This document shows, one piece after another, positions 29,141-39,138 of a DNA stretch of 64,000 bases. Under the pieces are notes generated by a model. That model saw only the letters and a list, made by a program, of their open reading frames with translations, made no database searches and was not told the origin of the DNA. Source of the stretch: Candidatus Sericytochromatia bacterium (GTDB lineage: Bacteria > Cyanobacteriota > Sericytochromatia > S15B-MN24 > VGJW01); the NCBI GenBank assembly GCA_035285865.1, contig JAYKHS010000011.1, positions 1 to 64,000 on the forward strand, written 5' to 3'. Numbering within the stretch: position 1 is the first letter of the stretch; the number at the start of each line of letters is the position of its first letter. The position numbers were made by a program, and so were the translations under genes.

Positions 29141-29270
29141 GCCACATCTCCCCCGGCCTGCAGGCCGACAAATGCGATGCAGTAGGTATGCCCGGCATGT
29201 CAGCTCGTGCTGCATTCTTTCACGAAGCCTTCACGACCGGGATATCCCGCGGCCGGGTACACTTGACCCG

Positions 29271-30905
29271 ATGTCCACGTCCCAGGGCCGCATCTTTGCC
29301 TTCAATCAGGAGCGCGACGCCATCCTTCAGGAGGTGATCCAGCGCCGACTCGTGGCCCACGGCCGCAACCCGGACCGTTTGCGGCTGGATCTTAACGATG
29401 CGGCGTTCACGGAGATCACCCGGATCGAGGAGGCCGGGCAGACCTCGGGCAAGGCATACGGGCACTGGCGGGAGCTTTACCGCCGCATCGGCCGTCTGGA
29501 TGCGACGGGACTCGAGGCCGAGCTGGCGAGGATGGTTCGGCATTATGCGCGAGACGTGGTCGGCAACTTCGACCCTCGGGTCTATGCCTTCGCGACCCGG
29601 ATTGTTCCGCCGGCGCTTTCCTTTCTGTGGCGGCCACAGTTCAACTGGTCGCGCCTGCTGAACCTGTCCACGGCCCGGGAACGCATTCTCGTCCAGGGCC
29701 CCATCGATCGAATCCGCTCCCTTGCGGGCAAGGGCACGCTGATCCTGGTGCCCACCCATCTCTCCAATCTGGACAGCCTCGCGATCGGCTTCTCGCTGCT
29801 GACGCAGTCCCTGCCCCCGTTTACCTACGGTGCGGGCAAGAACCTGTTTTTCAATCCTTTCATCAGCTACTTCATGCACAATCTCGGGGCCTACAGGGTA
29901 GACCGTCGTCTGCGCTTCCCTTTGTACAAGGAGGTTCTGAAGACCTACAGCCAGGTCCTGCTGGAGCGGGGCTACCACAGCCTGTTCTTCCCGGGGGGGA
30001 CTCGCTCGCGCAGCGGAGAGGTCGAGCGTCGTCTGAAACTCGGCTTGCTGGGCACGGCCTACAGCGCAGCGACGCGAAGGCTGCAGGCTGGTGCCTCGGC
30101 ACCCGGCATCTGGGTCGTGCCCTGCACGCTGAACTACCAGATCGTCCTCGAGGCCGAGACGCTGATCGACGACCAGTTGAAGCGTGAGGGCCAGCATCGC
30201 TACATCATCGAGGACGACGAGTCGAGCAGGCTGGGACGGATTTTGAGCTATGGGCGGCAGGTCATGAATCTGGACGCTTCCATGGTCGTGCAGTTCGGGG
30301 ACCCCATGGACCTCTGGGGCCATCGTGTCGATGAGGACGGCGAGAGCCGGGATGCACACGACCGTCTCGTCTCGACCCGTTCCTATCTCTGTCGGCGGGG
30401 CACGCCCCACGAGGACGCGCAACGCGACCACGAGTACACCGAGGAGTTGGGGCGGTCGATCGTGGCGGCCTTTCATCGCCATACGGTGGCGACGGTGACT
30501 CAGGTCGCGGCGCACGCCGTCTGGCGGTTGCTGGAGGCCAGATTCCCGAACGCCGATCTGTACGGCATCCTGCGTCTCGGACAGGGGATCGGCTATTCGG
30601 AGCGGAGGGTGCTCGAAGCCATCGAGCACGATCGAATCGCCCTGCATCGGCTTGCCGAGCGTGGGGAAATTCTGTTGGGCAGCCGGGTTCGCACGGGAAC
30701 CAGCGAGGCCATTCTGGCGACCGCTCTGGCGAGCTTCGGCATGTACCACCAACGGGCTGCCCTCGCGCGTTCCGGCAACCGAATCGTCATCGAAGACCCC
30801 AAGCTGCTGCTCTACTACCGAAATCGGCTCACGGGGCATGCCTTGCCTGCGCTGCCGGAAGAACTCGCCCGGGCGGCTGCCGAGGAGATTGCGGATGGCG
30901 CGTGA
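29271..30905 (+). CDS. Glycerol-3-phosphate acyltransferase (PlsB/GPAT-like)
   Basis: PTHLSNLD (HxxxxD), GAYRVDRR, FFPGGTRSRSG; coupled to gpsA. Confidence 0.85.
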   Translation: MSTSQGRIFAFNQERDAILQEVIQRRLVAHGRNPDRLRLDLNDAAFTEITRIEEAGQTSGKAYGHWRELYRRIGRLDATGLEAELARMVRHYARDVVGNFDPRVYAFATRIVPPALSFLWRPQFNWSRLLNLSTARERILVQGPIDRIRSLAGKGTLILVPTHLSNLDSLAIGFSLLTQSLPPFTYGAGKNLFFNPFISYFMHNLGAYRVDRRLRFPLYKEVLKTYSQVLLERGYHSLFFPGGTRSRSGEVERRLKLGLLGTAYSAATRRLQAGASAPGIWVVPCTLNYQIVLEAETLIDDQLKREGQHRYIIEDDESSRLGRILSYGRQVMNLDASMVVQFGDPMDLWGHRVDEDGESRDAHDRLVSTRSYLCRRGTPHEDAQRDHEYTEELGRSIVAAFHRHTVATVTQVAAHAVWRLLEARFPNADLYGILRLGQGIGYSERRVLEAIEHDRIALHRLAERGEILLGSRVRTGTSEAILATALASFGMYHQRAALARSGNRIVIEDPKLLLYYRNRLTGHALPALPEELARAAAEEIADGA

Positions 30906-31920
30906 ACCCGTTGCGGTCGTGGGTGGAGGCAGTTGGGGAACGGCCATCGCCCAACTCCTGGGCCAGGAGGATCGTCCCGTGCGCATCTGGCTCAGGGATG
31001 CCGCGTTGGCCGAGCGCATCAACACCGAACATCGCAACCCGAGGTACTTGCCTGAGGCACGTCTCGGAGAGGGCGTCGTGGCCTCGACGAATCTGGCCGA
31101 GGTCGTGGGGCCTTGCAGGACCATCTTCCTTGTGGTGCCGTCCAAGGGCCTGCGTGAGGTGGCACGGTCCCTGGCCGACCATGTCGACGGGGACCGGATT
31201 CTGATTCACGCCACCAAGGGCCTTGAAGGGGATGCATGCATCCGGATGTCCCAAGTGCTCCGGGAGGAGACCTGCTGTCGCAGGATTGGCGTGCTTTCCG
31301 GACCCAACCTGGCTGGTGAGATTGCGGCTGGGCATCCTGCAGCAACGGTCATCGCTTCACGCTATGCCGAAGTGGTCGACGTCGGCCGTGAGGCCTTGGT
31401 CGGGCCTCGCTTCCGTGTCTATGCCAGCAGGGACGTGGTCGGGACGGAATGGGGAGGCGTGCTCAAGAACGTCGTGGCCATTGCCGCAGGCGTGTCGCAT
31501 GGCCTCGGCTTCGGGATGAACACGATGGCCATGCTGGTGACCCGAGGATTGGCCGAGATGACCCGATTCGGACTGGCGCACGGTGCCGAGATCGAGACCT
31601 TCCAAGGCCTGTCCGGCATCGGCGATCTGGTGGCAACGGCCTTCTCCCCGTTGTCCCGGAACTACCGGGTCGGCGTCGCACTTGCGGAAGGTCAGTCTCT
31701 GGATGCCATCACGGAGGGCATGACCCAGGTGGCCGAAGGCGTGCGGACCACGCGCCTCGTTCACGCACTCGCGCAACGTTCGGGCATCTACATGCCCATC
31801 GTCGAGGCGGTACACCGCCTGCTGTTCGAGGGAGTATCGCCGGATGTGGCGTTGGCCGACCTCATGGCCATCAACCGCAATCCCTACGAAGCAGAATCCG
31901 TGCGCAGCCGCGTCGGGTGA
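30895..31920 (+). CDS. gpsA: NAD(P)H-dependent glycerol-3-phosphate dehydrogenase
   Basis: GGGSWGTA, TKGLE, SGPNLA, LKNVVAIAAG, GIGDLVAT..SRNYRVG. Confidence 0.97.
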   Translation: MAREPVAVVGGGSWGTAIAQLLGQEDRPVRIWLRDAALAERINTEHRNPRYLPEARLGEGVVASTNLAEVVGPCRTIFLVVPSKGLREVARSLADHVDGDRILIHATKGLEGDACIRMSQVLREETCCRRIGVLSGPNLAGEIAAGHPAATVIASRYAEVVDVGREALVGPRFRVYASRDVVGTEWGGVLKNVVAIAAGVSHGLGFGMNTMAMLVTRGLAEMTRFGLAHGAEIETFQGLSGIGDLVATAFSPLSRNYRVGVALAEGQSLDAITEGMTQVAEGVRTTRLVHALAQRSGIYMPIVEAVHRLLFEGVSPDVALADLMAINRNPYEAESVRSRVG

Positions 31921-31953
31921 CGCCGCTGCGCACGGTCCGTCGCGATCGCCGAT

Positions 31954-33129
31954 CTAGACGCCGAGGCGGCGCGCGATGACGACGCGCTGAATCTGACTGG
32001 TGCCTTCGCCAATCTCGCACAGCTTGGCATCGCGCATCATGCGCTCGACCGGGAAGTCGCGGGTGTAGCCGTAGCCACCGAGGACCTGAACAGCGTCCGT
32101 CGTGATGCGCATGGCCGCTTCGCTGGCGAACAGCTTCGCCTGAGCCCCCGCCACCGTATGCGGCTGGCCGGCATCCTTGAGGCGGGCTGCCTGGTACACG
32201 AGCAGACGTGCAGCCTCGAGCTGGACAGACATGTCGGCCAGCATGGCGCTGACCAACTGGTGCTTGCCGATGTTCTGACCGAAGGCAATGCGGTCCTTGG
32301 CATAGGCCAGCGCTTCCTCGAAGGCGCCCTGCGCGATGCCCAACGCAAGCGCGCCGATGGAGATTCGTCCGCCGTCGAGGGTCTTCATGGCCTGCTTGAA
32401 GCCCGTGCCCTCACGATCCAGCAACATCGAGGCCGGAATCCGGCAGTCCTGCAGGATGACCTCGCAGGTCGGCGAGCCGCGCATGCCCATCTTCTTCTCG
32501 AGTTTGCCGACCGAGAAGCCCGGGGTGTCGGTCGGAACGATGAAGCTGGATACACCGTGGTTGCCCTGACTCTTGTCCGTCATGGCCATGATGATGCAGG
32601 CCTCGGACCAGTTGGCATTGGTGATGAACTGCTTGGTTCCATTGAGGACGTAGTGATCGCCGTCCCGCACGGCCGTCGTCAGTTGGCGCGCGGCATCAGA
32701 ACCGGCCTGCGGCTCGGTCAGGGCCCACGAACCGACACTGGTGCCGTTGCAGAGGTTCGGCACGAAACGGCGCTTCTGATCGTCGGTCCCGAAGGCCACG
32801 ATGGGGCCGGTGCCGAGGGAGACGTGCGCCGCGAAGGAGAGCCCGGTCGAACCGCACACCCGACCAAGTTCCTCGACCGCGATGGCGTAGGAGAGCGTAT
32901 CCGCCCCGCCACCGCCGAGTTCTTCCGCCCAGGGCAGGCCCATCAGGCCCAGCTCGGCAAGCTTGGTGAACGTCTCGCGGGGGTAGGTCTCCGTCTCGTC
33001 GATGTGCGCCGCGATCGGCTTGACCTCGCGCTCGGCGAAGGCGCGCACCATCTCCTGAAGGGCGAGATGATCCTCGCTCAGGCCGTAGGGGTTGGCGGCG
33101 GTCGGCGACACCAGCGTCGCAGGGCTCAT
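31954..33129 (-). CDS. Acyl-CoA dehydrogenase (short/branched-chain type)
   Basis: [50 protein letters not shown]. Confidence 0.96.
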   Translation of the reverse strand: MSPATLVSPTAANPYGLSEDHLALQEMVRAFAEREVKPIAAHIDETETYPRETFTKLAELGLMGLPWAEELGGGGADTLSYAIAVEELGRVCGSTGLSFAAHVSLGTGPIVAFGTDDQKRRFVPNLCNGTSVGSWALTEPQAGSDAARQLTTAVRDGDHYVLNGTKQFITNANWSEACIIMAMTDKSQGNHGVSSFIVPTDTPGFSVGKLEKKMGMRGSPTCEVILQDCRIPASMLLDREGTGFKQAMKTLDGGRISIGALALGIAQGAFEEALAYAKDRIAFGQNIGKHQLVSAMLADMSVQLEAARLLVYQAARLKDAGQPHTVAGAQAKLFASEAAMRITTDAVQVLGGYGYTRDFPVERMMRDAKLCEIGEGTSQIQRVVIARRLGV

Positions 33130-33257
33130 CGGCAGGTCCTCCGGTAAAAAAGGCGCAAAGGCAACAGGCTCTTCATGATAGCTGCGAGGCGCGTTGCGCG
33201 TCCAACCCTGTCGGCCCTGATTGACACGTCCTCGTTCATCCTGATTCGATCAGAGCC

Positions 33258-33497
33258 ATGATTGCCGTCGACACCTTTCGCAACTATCTGATCCAGGCCT
33301 TCCCGGACGCCGATGTGCGCATCGTGGACAACCGTGGCACGCTGGACCACTTCACGCTGTTCATCGCCACGGATGCCTTCGAGGGCGTCGGGTTGCTGGA
33401 CCGGCACCGCCTCGTGCAGGCCGCACTCAAGGAGCCCATGGACGACGGCAGGATCCACGCCCTCGAGATCCGCGCCGAGACTCGTTCCGGCCGCTGA
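33258..33497 (+). CDS. BolA family protein
   Basis: DHF..FEG..LDRHRLV..IHALEI. Confidence 0.92.
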   Translation: MIAVDTFRNYLIQAFPDADVRIVDNRGTLDHFTLFIATDAFEGVGLLDRHRLVQAALKEPMDDGRIHALEIRAETRSGR

Positions 33498-33526
33498 AAT
33501 CCCCTACAGCACAGGAGACAGGTTCC

Positions 33527-33907
33527 ATGCAAGACATGCCTATCGTGGGTATCCCGACAGAGTCCGGCGCCGCTGCCCCCGTGCGCGACGTCGAGGCCAT
33601 CCGCGCCGAAATCCAAGCCGAGATCGCGGCCAACCGCATCCTTGTCTACGGCAAGGGAACCATGGAACAACCGATGTGCGGCTTCACGGTCGAGACCAAG
33701 GAGTTCTTCGCGAAGTACGGCCATCCGTTCGCCATCGTCGACGTGCTGCGGGACATGGACAAGCGTCAGGTCCTGACCGAGATGACCAACTGGCGGACGC
33801 TGCCCAAGGTCTTCATCGACGGCCAGTTCTACGGTGACACGGACATCTTGGGCCCGATGGAAGAGAAGGGCGAGCTTCAGGCTTTGCTGGCGCGCGTGTT
33901 CGCCTGA
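33527..33907 (+). CDS. grxD: Monothiol glutaredoxin (Grx4 family)
   Basis: KGT..PMCGFT, NWRTLPKVFIDGQFYGDTD; adjacent to bolA. Confidence 0.9.
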   Translation: MQDMPIVGIPTESGAAAPVRDVEAIRAEIQAEIAANRILVYGKGTMEQPMCGFTVETKEFFAKYGHPFAIVDVLRDMDKRQVLTEMTNWRTLPKVFIDGQFYGDTDILGPMEEKGELQALLARVFA

Positions 33908-34173
33908 TCGTCGTCGGCCTCGAGCGTCTCCACCCAGTGAATGTCCCTCGGGCCTGGACCATCACCCTCGTGTGTCGTCAGCCGGACGGAGACGACTCGA
34001 TGGTTCCACGTCATCTCCGGATGATGGTCCTGCGTCATGGACTGGGCCACGATCCGCAGCACGAGTTCTACGGCCTCGGCAGCCTCAGCGAAGGTCCAGG
34101 TACGCACCAGATGTCCGTCAACCAGGCTCCAGTCCGGGTAGCGCTTGCAGAGGGCCTCGATGCCAGGGTTCAT
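33877..34173 (-). CDS. Pterin-4a-carbinolamine dehydratase
   Basis: W..LVRTWTF, DHHPE, LTTHE..G..RD; SD AAGGAG. Confidence 0.88.
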   Translation of the reverse strand: MNPGIEALCKRYPDWSLVDGHLVRTWTFAEAAEAVELVLRIVAQSMTQDHHPEMTWNHRVVSVRLTTHEGDGPGPRDIHWVETLEADDDQANTRASKA

Positions 34174-34226
34174 CTCACGCTCCTTGATCTTGATTTGTCC
34201 GCCCATGAACGTGTAGAGGAATGGCC

Positions 34227-36041
34227 ATGAGCAAGGAATCCGTTCCCCTGGAGCAAGGTCGTCTCTCCATCCATGCCGAGAACCTGCTGCCCATCATCAA
34301 GAAGTGGCTGTATTCGGAGAAGGAAATATTCCTTCGGGAATTGGTGGCCAACGCATTTGATGCCACGACGAAGGCTAGGCATGTGGCCCTGGTCGAAGGC
34401 CTGGGTGACCTCGGTCCCCTCGGGATCGACATCGACATCGACAAGGATGCGCGTACCGTCACCATCCGTGACGCGGGCATCGGCATGACGGCCGACGAGA
34501 TTCGCGAATACCTGACCCAGGTCGCATTCTCCGGGGCGCAGGCCTTCGCCGAGAAGTACGAAGTCCGGGGCGACGGACAAGGCATCATCGGTCACTTCGG
34601 CCTGGGGTTCTACAGTGCCTTCATGGTGGCGAGCAAGGTCGAGGTACGCTCCCGGGGGATCCTGGAGGGGGACGGGGCCGGAACCCGCTGGATCTCGGAC
34701 GGCGGGATGACCTTCGAGATGGGGCCAATGTCTCGGGCGACAAGGGGCACGGACATCATTCTTCATCTGGACGAAGAGTCCGGTGAGTATCTCGAGGAGG
34801 TCCGTCTGGCCCACCTGGTGCGTCGGTATGCCAACTACCTGCCGCTGCCTATCCGGGTCGCAGGCAAGGAGATCAACCACCAGGCCCCGCTCTGGACCCG
34901 CTCTCCGCAGAGTCTGGCGGATGAGGACTACAAGGCCTTCTATGACAAGGCTTTCCCCTTCCAGGGCGAGCCGCTATTCTGGGTCCATCTCAATACGGAC
35001 TACCCCTTCAAGCTCCAGGGCATCCTGTACTTCCCTCGGCTGCGTCACGAACTGGACGTGTCCAAGGGTGAGGTGCAGCTCTACTGCAACCAGGTCTTCG
35101 TCGCCGACCACAGCGAGGCGGTCATACCGAAGTTCCTGACCATCCTCAAGGGCATGATCGATTGCCCGGATCTGCCGCTGAACGTCTCCCGAAGCGCCCT
35201 GCAGAACGATCCGCAGGTTCGGAAGATTGCGCAGCACATCGTGCGCAAGGTCGCCGATCGGCTGGTAAGCCTGCACAAGGATGACCGGCAGGCCTTCGAG
35301 GCAGCCTGGGCCGACATCCATCCGTTCGTGAAGTTCGGGTTCATCGAGGATGACCGTTTTCACGAGGCGTGCAAGGAGGTCCTGCTGTTCCGGACGACGG
35401 ATGGTTCCTGGCTGTCGCCGACCGACTGGCTGGCCCGCTATGGGGACAAGACCCAGGGCAAGATCGTCTATGTGCTTGGCGAGGACCTGAAGGGCACCAC
35501 CCGTTCCTTGCTCGAGAGCAAGGACATTCACGCGGTTCATCTCGAGGGTCCGTTCGATGTCCACTTCATCCAGTTCCTCGAGGGCAAGCAACCGGAGCAG
35601 CGGTGGGTCCGGGCAGATGCGGTCCTTGGAGACCTGCTGGCACGCGAGAGCGATGACCCGGGCGTGGTCGATGCCAATGGCCTGACGCGTGACGATCGCA
35701 TCATGGCGCGGTTCCGCATCGCCCTTGGGGAAGCGGCCCCGGAGATGAAGGTCGTCAGCCTTGATGCAGCGGAGGTCAGTGCGCTGCTGGTCTCCGACGA
35801 GGAGGCGCGGCGCTTGCACCAGTTTGCGTCCCTCTGGGGGCAGGACGAGCGTGCGTCGGGAGACCGGACCTTGCTGCTCAATCGAGACCATCCGCTCGTG
35901 CAGCGAGCGCTGGACGCCGAGGAAGCAGCAGGTCTCGAACTCAGTCGCCACGTATACGATCTGGCCCGGCTTGCCGTGGGGGACTTGCCCCCTTATGACC
36001 TTCAGGCATTCATCCAGCGTGCCCAGGATCTGATCCGCTGA
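34227..36041 (+). CDS. htpG: Chaperone HtpG (Hsp90)
   Basis: PIIKKWLYSEKEIFLRELVANAFDA, DAGIGM, IGHFGLGFYSAFMV, LNVSRSALQ. Confidence 0.97.
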   Translation: MSKESVPLEQGRLSIHAENLLPIIKKWLYSEKEIFLRELVANAFDATTKARHVALVEGLGDLGPLGIDIDIDKDARTVTIRDAGIGMTADEIREYLTQVAFSGAQAFAEKYEVRGDGQGIIGHFGLGFYSAFMVASKVEVRSRGILEGDGAGTRWISDGGMTFEMGPMSRATRGTDIILHLDEESGEYLEEVRLAHLVRRYANYLPLPIRVAGKEINHQAPLWTRSPQSLADEDYKAFYDKAFPFQGEPLFWVHLNTDYPFKLQGILYFPRLRHELDVSKGEVQLYCNQVFVADHSEAVIPKFLTILKGMIDCPDLPLNVSRSALQNDPQVRKIAQHIVRKVADRLVSLHKDDRQAFEAAWADIHPFVKFGFIEDDRFHEACKEVLLFRTTDGSWLSPTDWLARYGDKTQGKIVYVLGEDLKGTTRSLLESKDIHAVHLEGPFDVHFIQFLEGKQPEQRWVRADAVLGDLLARESDDPGVVDANGLTRDDRIMARFRIALGEAAPEMKVVSLDAAEVSALLVSDEEARRLHQFASLWGQDERASGDRTLLLNRDHPLVQRALDAEEAAGLELSRHVYDLARLAVGDLPPYDLQAFIQRAQDLIR

Positions 36042-37054
36042 TCCCACGGCTGCCGGCCTTTCGCCCTGCGCCTTGGCTATCGGGGGCCACGGCGCAGACG
36101 ATCCTGCCCGAGTTCCTGCCCCGTCGAGGCCTGCCTGATGCGGATGCGTGGGCACGGGCCAGCGAGCCTGTTTCTTTCCTTGCAGCCGACGGTGAACGAC
36201 TGAGCGGATGGTGGCACTTGCCCGGCGGCGACCGGCCCTTGGGTGTGGTGATCCACCTCCATGGTCTGGAAGCCGAGGCCGAGGCAGGGCACATGCGCGG
36301 GATCAGTCGCCTCGCGCATCACGCGGGCTTTGCCTCGCTGCGCCTTGACTGGCTGGGGTGCGGGGCTTCGGCTGCGTATGGCGGTCGGATGTACAACGCA
36401 ATCCGCTGGCAGGACATCGAGGCGGCGGTAGGCTGGGTGTCTCGCCGGCTGCCGGGTCGTCCGGTCTACCTGACCGGATTGAGCCTCGGGGGAGCCATGG
36501 CCTTGCGCTGGCTTGCCCATCTGGGAACTGCTGCACGGTTCCTGGTCCGCGGTGCCGTGACGATTTCGGCACCGATCGACCTCGGTGCGGCTGCTTCAGC
36601 GCTGGGTGACAGGAAGAATCGAGTCTACGAACGCTGGTTCCTCGCGTCGATGAAGAAGCGCCTCGCGGCGGCTGCAGCGCGGGATCCGGCCCGATGGAAG
36701 CCTTGGTCGGACAAGGGCCGCGCAGCCCGCAGCCTGGCAGAGTTCGACTCGGTGGTCACGGCTCCCATGGCGGGACAGCCCGATGCAGCAGCCTACTATG
36801 CGCGTGCGTCGGTGAAGGGCGACCTGGCCGACATCCGTGTGCCGACCGTTCTGCTGCATGCCGAGGATGATCCCTTCGTACCAGCCCCGCAAGGCCTTTC
36901 TGAACAGATCACCACCCTCATCCAGCCTGCGGGTGGGCACGGTGGATTCTGGACGGCCGGCCCCGTGGACTTCGGGCACGGCATCGTCACGGATCGGTGG
37001 GCCGAGGGAGCCGCCATCCGTATCCTGCTTGGATGGGCGGCCTCGGACACCTGA
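36038..37054 (+). CDS. YheT-like alpha/beta hydrolase, probable CTG start
   Basis: In-frame FRPAPWLSGATAQT upstream of the tracked ORF; HGLE, GLSLGG, EFDSVVTAP, HAEDDPFV, GGHGGF. Confidence 0.88.
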   Translation: MIPRLPAFRPAPWLSGATAQTILPEFLPRRGLPDADAWARASEPVSFLAADGERLSGWWHLPGGDRPLGVVIHLHGLEAEAEAGHMRGISRLAHHAGFASLRLDWLGCGASAAYGGRMYNAIRWQDIEAAVGWVSRRLPGRPVYLTGLSLGGAMALRWLAHLGTAARFLVRGAVTISAPIDLGAAASALGDRKNRVYERWFLASMKKRLAAAAARDPARWKPWSDKGRAARSLAEFDSVVTAPMAGQPDAAAYYARASVKGDLADIRVPTVLLHAEDDPFVPAPQGLSEQITTLIQPAGGHGGFWTAGPVDFGHGIVTDRWAEGAAIRILLGWAASDT

Positions 37055-37149
37055 ATCGGCTCCAACCGGAGCGGACAGTCAGCACTGGCCAAAGCGGATC
37101 ATCGCGGATCTCCCCGGCGGCGATAGCCTCGGGAACGGAGGTCACCCGC

Positions 37150-37977
37150 TTGGAACCCATCGCAACCATCGTGCTCGACGTGCCGGACAATCGACCGCTC
37201 GACCGCCTGCTCGAGGCCATCTATGACCAGACCGTCAAGGACGTCGATGTCCTGGTACTTTGCCCCGAGCGACGGGGAGATGGCCTTGGCAATGGCAGAG
37301 AGGCTCCCATCCGCAACCTGCACGTGGCTGGCTGGATGGGAGTGGCCGAAAGATTGAACCTGGCGGCACGGTTGGCCGCTGGCCCCATTCTCGTCACATT
37401 GGACACGGCAGTGCCCCTCTGGGAGAGGGACTGGCTGCGCCACCTGCTGGCACCCTTTCGCGACGACCGGGTGGCTGCCGTCGGTGGTTCGGATTATGAC
37501 CCCACGCGACTCTCCGTCAGGCAGCCGAATCTGCCGTTGAGCCTGAAGGAGATGGCACGCAGACCGGAGTATGGCCTGAATCGCAGCAATGCGGCCTTCA
37601 GGCGCGAACTCATCCTCGCCCGCCCCCTGCCTGCCGGTACGCGACACCATCCGGAGCGTGCGTGGTCCATGGACAGGCTCCTGGAAGGCCACCGCATCAT
37701 CATGAGTTACCGGGCGCGGATCGAACTCGGCCCGGAGGCTCCCCCTGAAGTCGCCCTTCGTGCTTGGAGCCACAAGGTCCGGGAGGTCCGGGAAGCACTG
37801 ATCACCCTGCCTGCTCCTGCGGCGCATCACGCCCGGCGCGCGGCCAGTTGGTGGAGCCTGGACGCTGCACCTTGGCTGGATGCCATCGTTCTCAGAGAGC
37901 AGTTTCTTCGACAGCGCCCCTTTCGCCAAGCTGCCCGCAGTCTGTCGCGGGAGATCGGCGTCCTGACGGAAGGCTGA
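37150..37977 (+). CDS. Divergent GT2-like glycosyltransferase
   Basis: LDRLLEAIYDQT, RLNLAARLA, WLRHLLAPFRDDRVAAVG, NAAFRR; SD GGAGG + TTG. Confidence 0.65.
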   Translation: MEPIATIVLDVPDNRPLDRLLEAIYDQTVKDVDVLVLCPERRGDGLGNGREAPIRNLHVAGWMGVAERLNLAARLAAGPILVTLDTAVPLWERDWLRHLLAPFRDDRVAAVGGSDYDPTRLSVRQPNLPLSLKEMARRPEYGLNRSNAAFRRELILARPLPAGTRHHPERAWSMDRLLEGHRIIMSYRARIELGPEAPPEVALRAWSHKVREVREALITLPAPAAHHARRAASWWSLDAAPWLDAIVLREQFLRQRPFRQAARSLSREIGVLTEG

Positions 37978-38040
37978 CTTCACAAAGTGTTTCCGTGATG
38001 TTAACCTGCCTATAACAGAAGCATCCCGGAGGTTTGTCGC

Positions 38041-38985
38041 GTGCGCCTGATCGCCTTCCCGGCCCTCGTGGCCAGCGTCGTTCTCGGGGCCTGCGCCAAG
38101 GCCCCTGCACCGACGGCTGTGGGAGCGGCGACGCTTCACGCCCAGTCGAAGGGTGATTGGCTTGCCTCCCAGTTGCCTGCAGGCTTTCAAGCCGGTGTCG
38201 GCATCGGGGTGGGCAACCGTCTGGTGGTGCTTGACGCCGCGTCGTCCGCCGCACGACTCATGGCCTTGCCTTCCACCTGGAGCAAACTGGCTGCCCCCCC
38301 TGCGGGCCTGACTGACCCGATGTTGACGGTCACGCCGGCCTTCCGGGTGCTTGCCATCTCTTCCGCAGAAGGTGGGCAGGTTGCGCGTCTGGATATCGAG
38401 GCTGGGACGTGGGAAAGTCTGCCACGGCTCGAGGCCCCCAGAACGGGTGCTGCCCTCGGCTCCTATGGACATTTCGCCTATGTGGCCGGGGGCGGTCCTG
38501 AGGGCGGTGCTTCCCGACGGGTCGATGTCCTTGACCAGACGAAGCGGAAGTGGCTCGCCGGCCCTCTTCTTCCCGAGGCGCGCGGTGGGGCCGTGCTGGA
38601 GCGGGTCGGCGCCCGCATGCTGTTGGCGGGCGGACACGCCGGGAGCGGTGTCGTGGACGGGCGGTGCTGGCTGCTGGACCCGGCGACGGGCGCGTGGACG
38701 CAGACGAGCCCGATGCCGACACCCCGCAGCCGTGCAGCCGTCGTCTCCTACGGCCAGTTCCTGTTCGTCGTGGGAGGGCTCGCATCGAGCGGTCCTTCCG
38801 CCGCCATCGAGCGGTTCGATCTCGGCACGCGGTCGTGGTCCCGGCTTTCCCCATTGCCCGAGGCCCGGACCGCTCCTGTGGCTTCACGGATCGGCGAACG
38901 CGTTGTCGTCCTGGGTGGTCAGGATGCCGCCGGCAGGCCCGCCGGAACCGTCTGGACCGCACCTGTGACGGCATTCCTTCCTTGA
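38041..38985 (+). CDS. Kelch-repeat lipoprotein
   Basis: Lipobox LGAC; repeats of YVAGG/LLAGG/FVVGG/VLGG..W..MPTPR. Confidence 0.88.
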   Translation: MRLIAFPALVASVVLGACAKAPAPTAVGAATLHAQSKGDWLASQLPAGFQAGVGIGVGNRLVVLDAASSAARLMALPSTWSKLAAPPAGLTDPMLTVTPAFRVLAISSAEGGQVARLDIEAGTWESLPRLEAPRTGAALGSYGHFAYVAGGGPEGGASRRVDVLDQTKRKWLAGPLLPEARGGAVLERVGARMLLAGGHAGSGVVDGRCWLLDPATGAWTQTSPMPTPRSRAAVVSYGQFLFVVGGLASSGPSAAIERFDLGTRSWSRLSPLPEARTAPVASRIGERVVVLGGQDAAGRPAGTVWTAPVTAFLP

Positions 38986-39000
38986 ATCGGGACGTGATCG

Positions 39001-39030
39001 TTGCAACGGTGTGACTGGACGTGTTAGTCT
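39001..39030 (+). promoter_or_regulatory. Putative promoter of rbp
   Basis: TTGCAA-N18-TAGTCT. Confidence 0.5.
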
Positions 39031-39138
39031 AGAGTACGTGTCGCACCATGACACAGGTGACGGTGGTTGCTCGGTGAAGGACGCCTCCGAACTGGTCAGG
39101 CGCTCCGTGTCCCCCAACCGACCCATCGAGGTGTCATC

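Noticed and set aside
37051..37054. Another in-frame CTGA overlap for the GT2-like gene
   Set aside because: A TTG at 37150 with a well-spaced GGAGG coincides with the domain start, so CTG is not needed.
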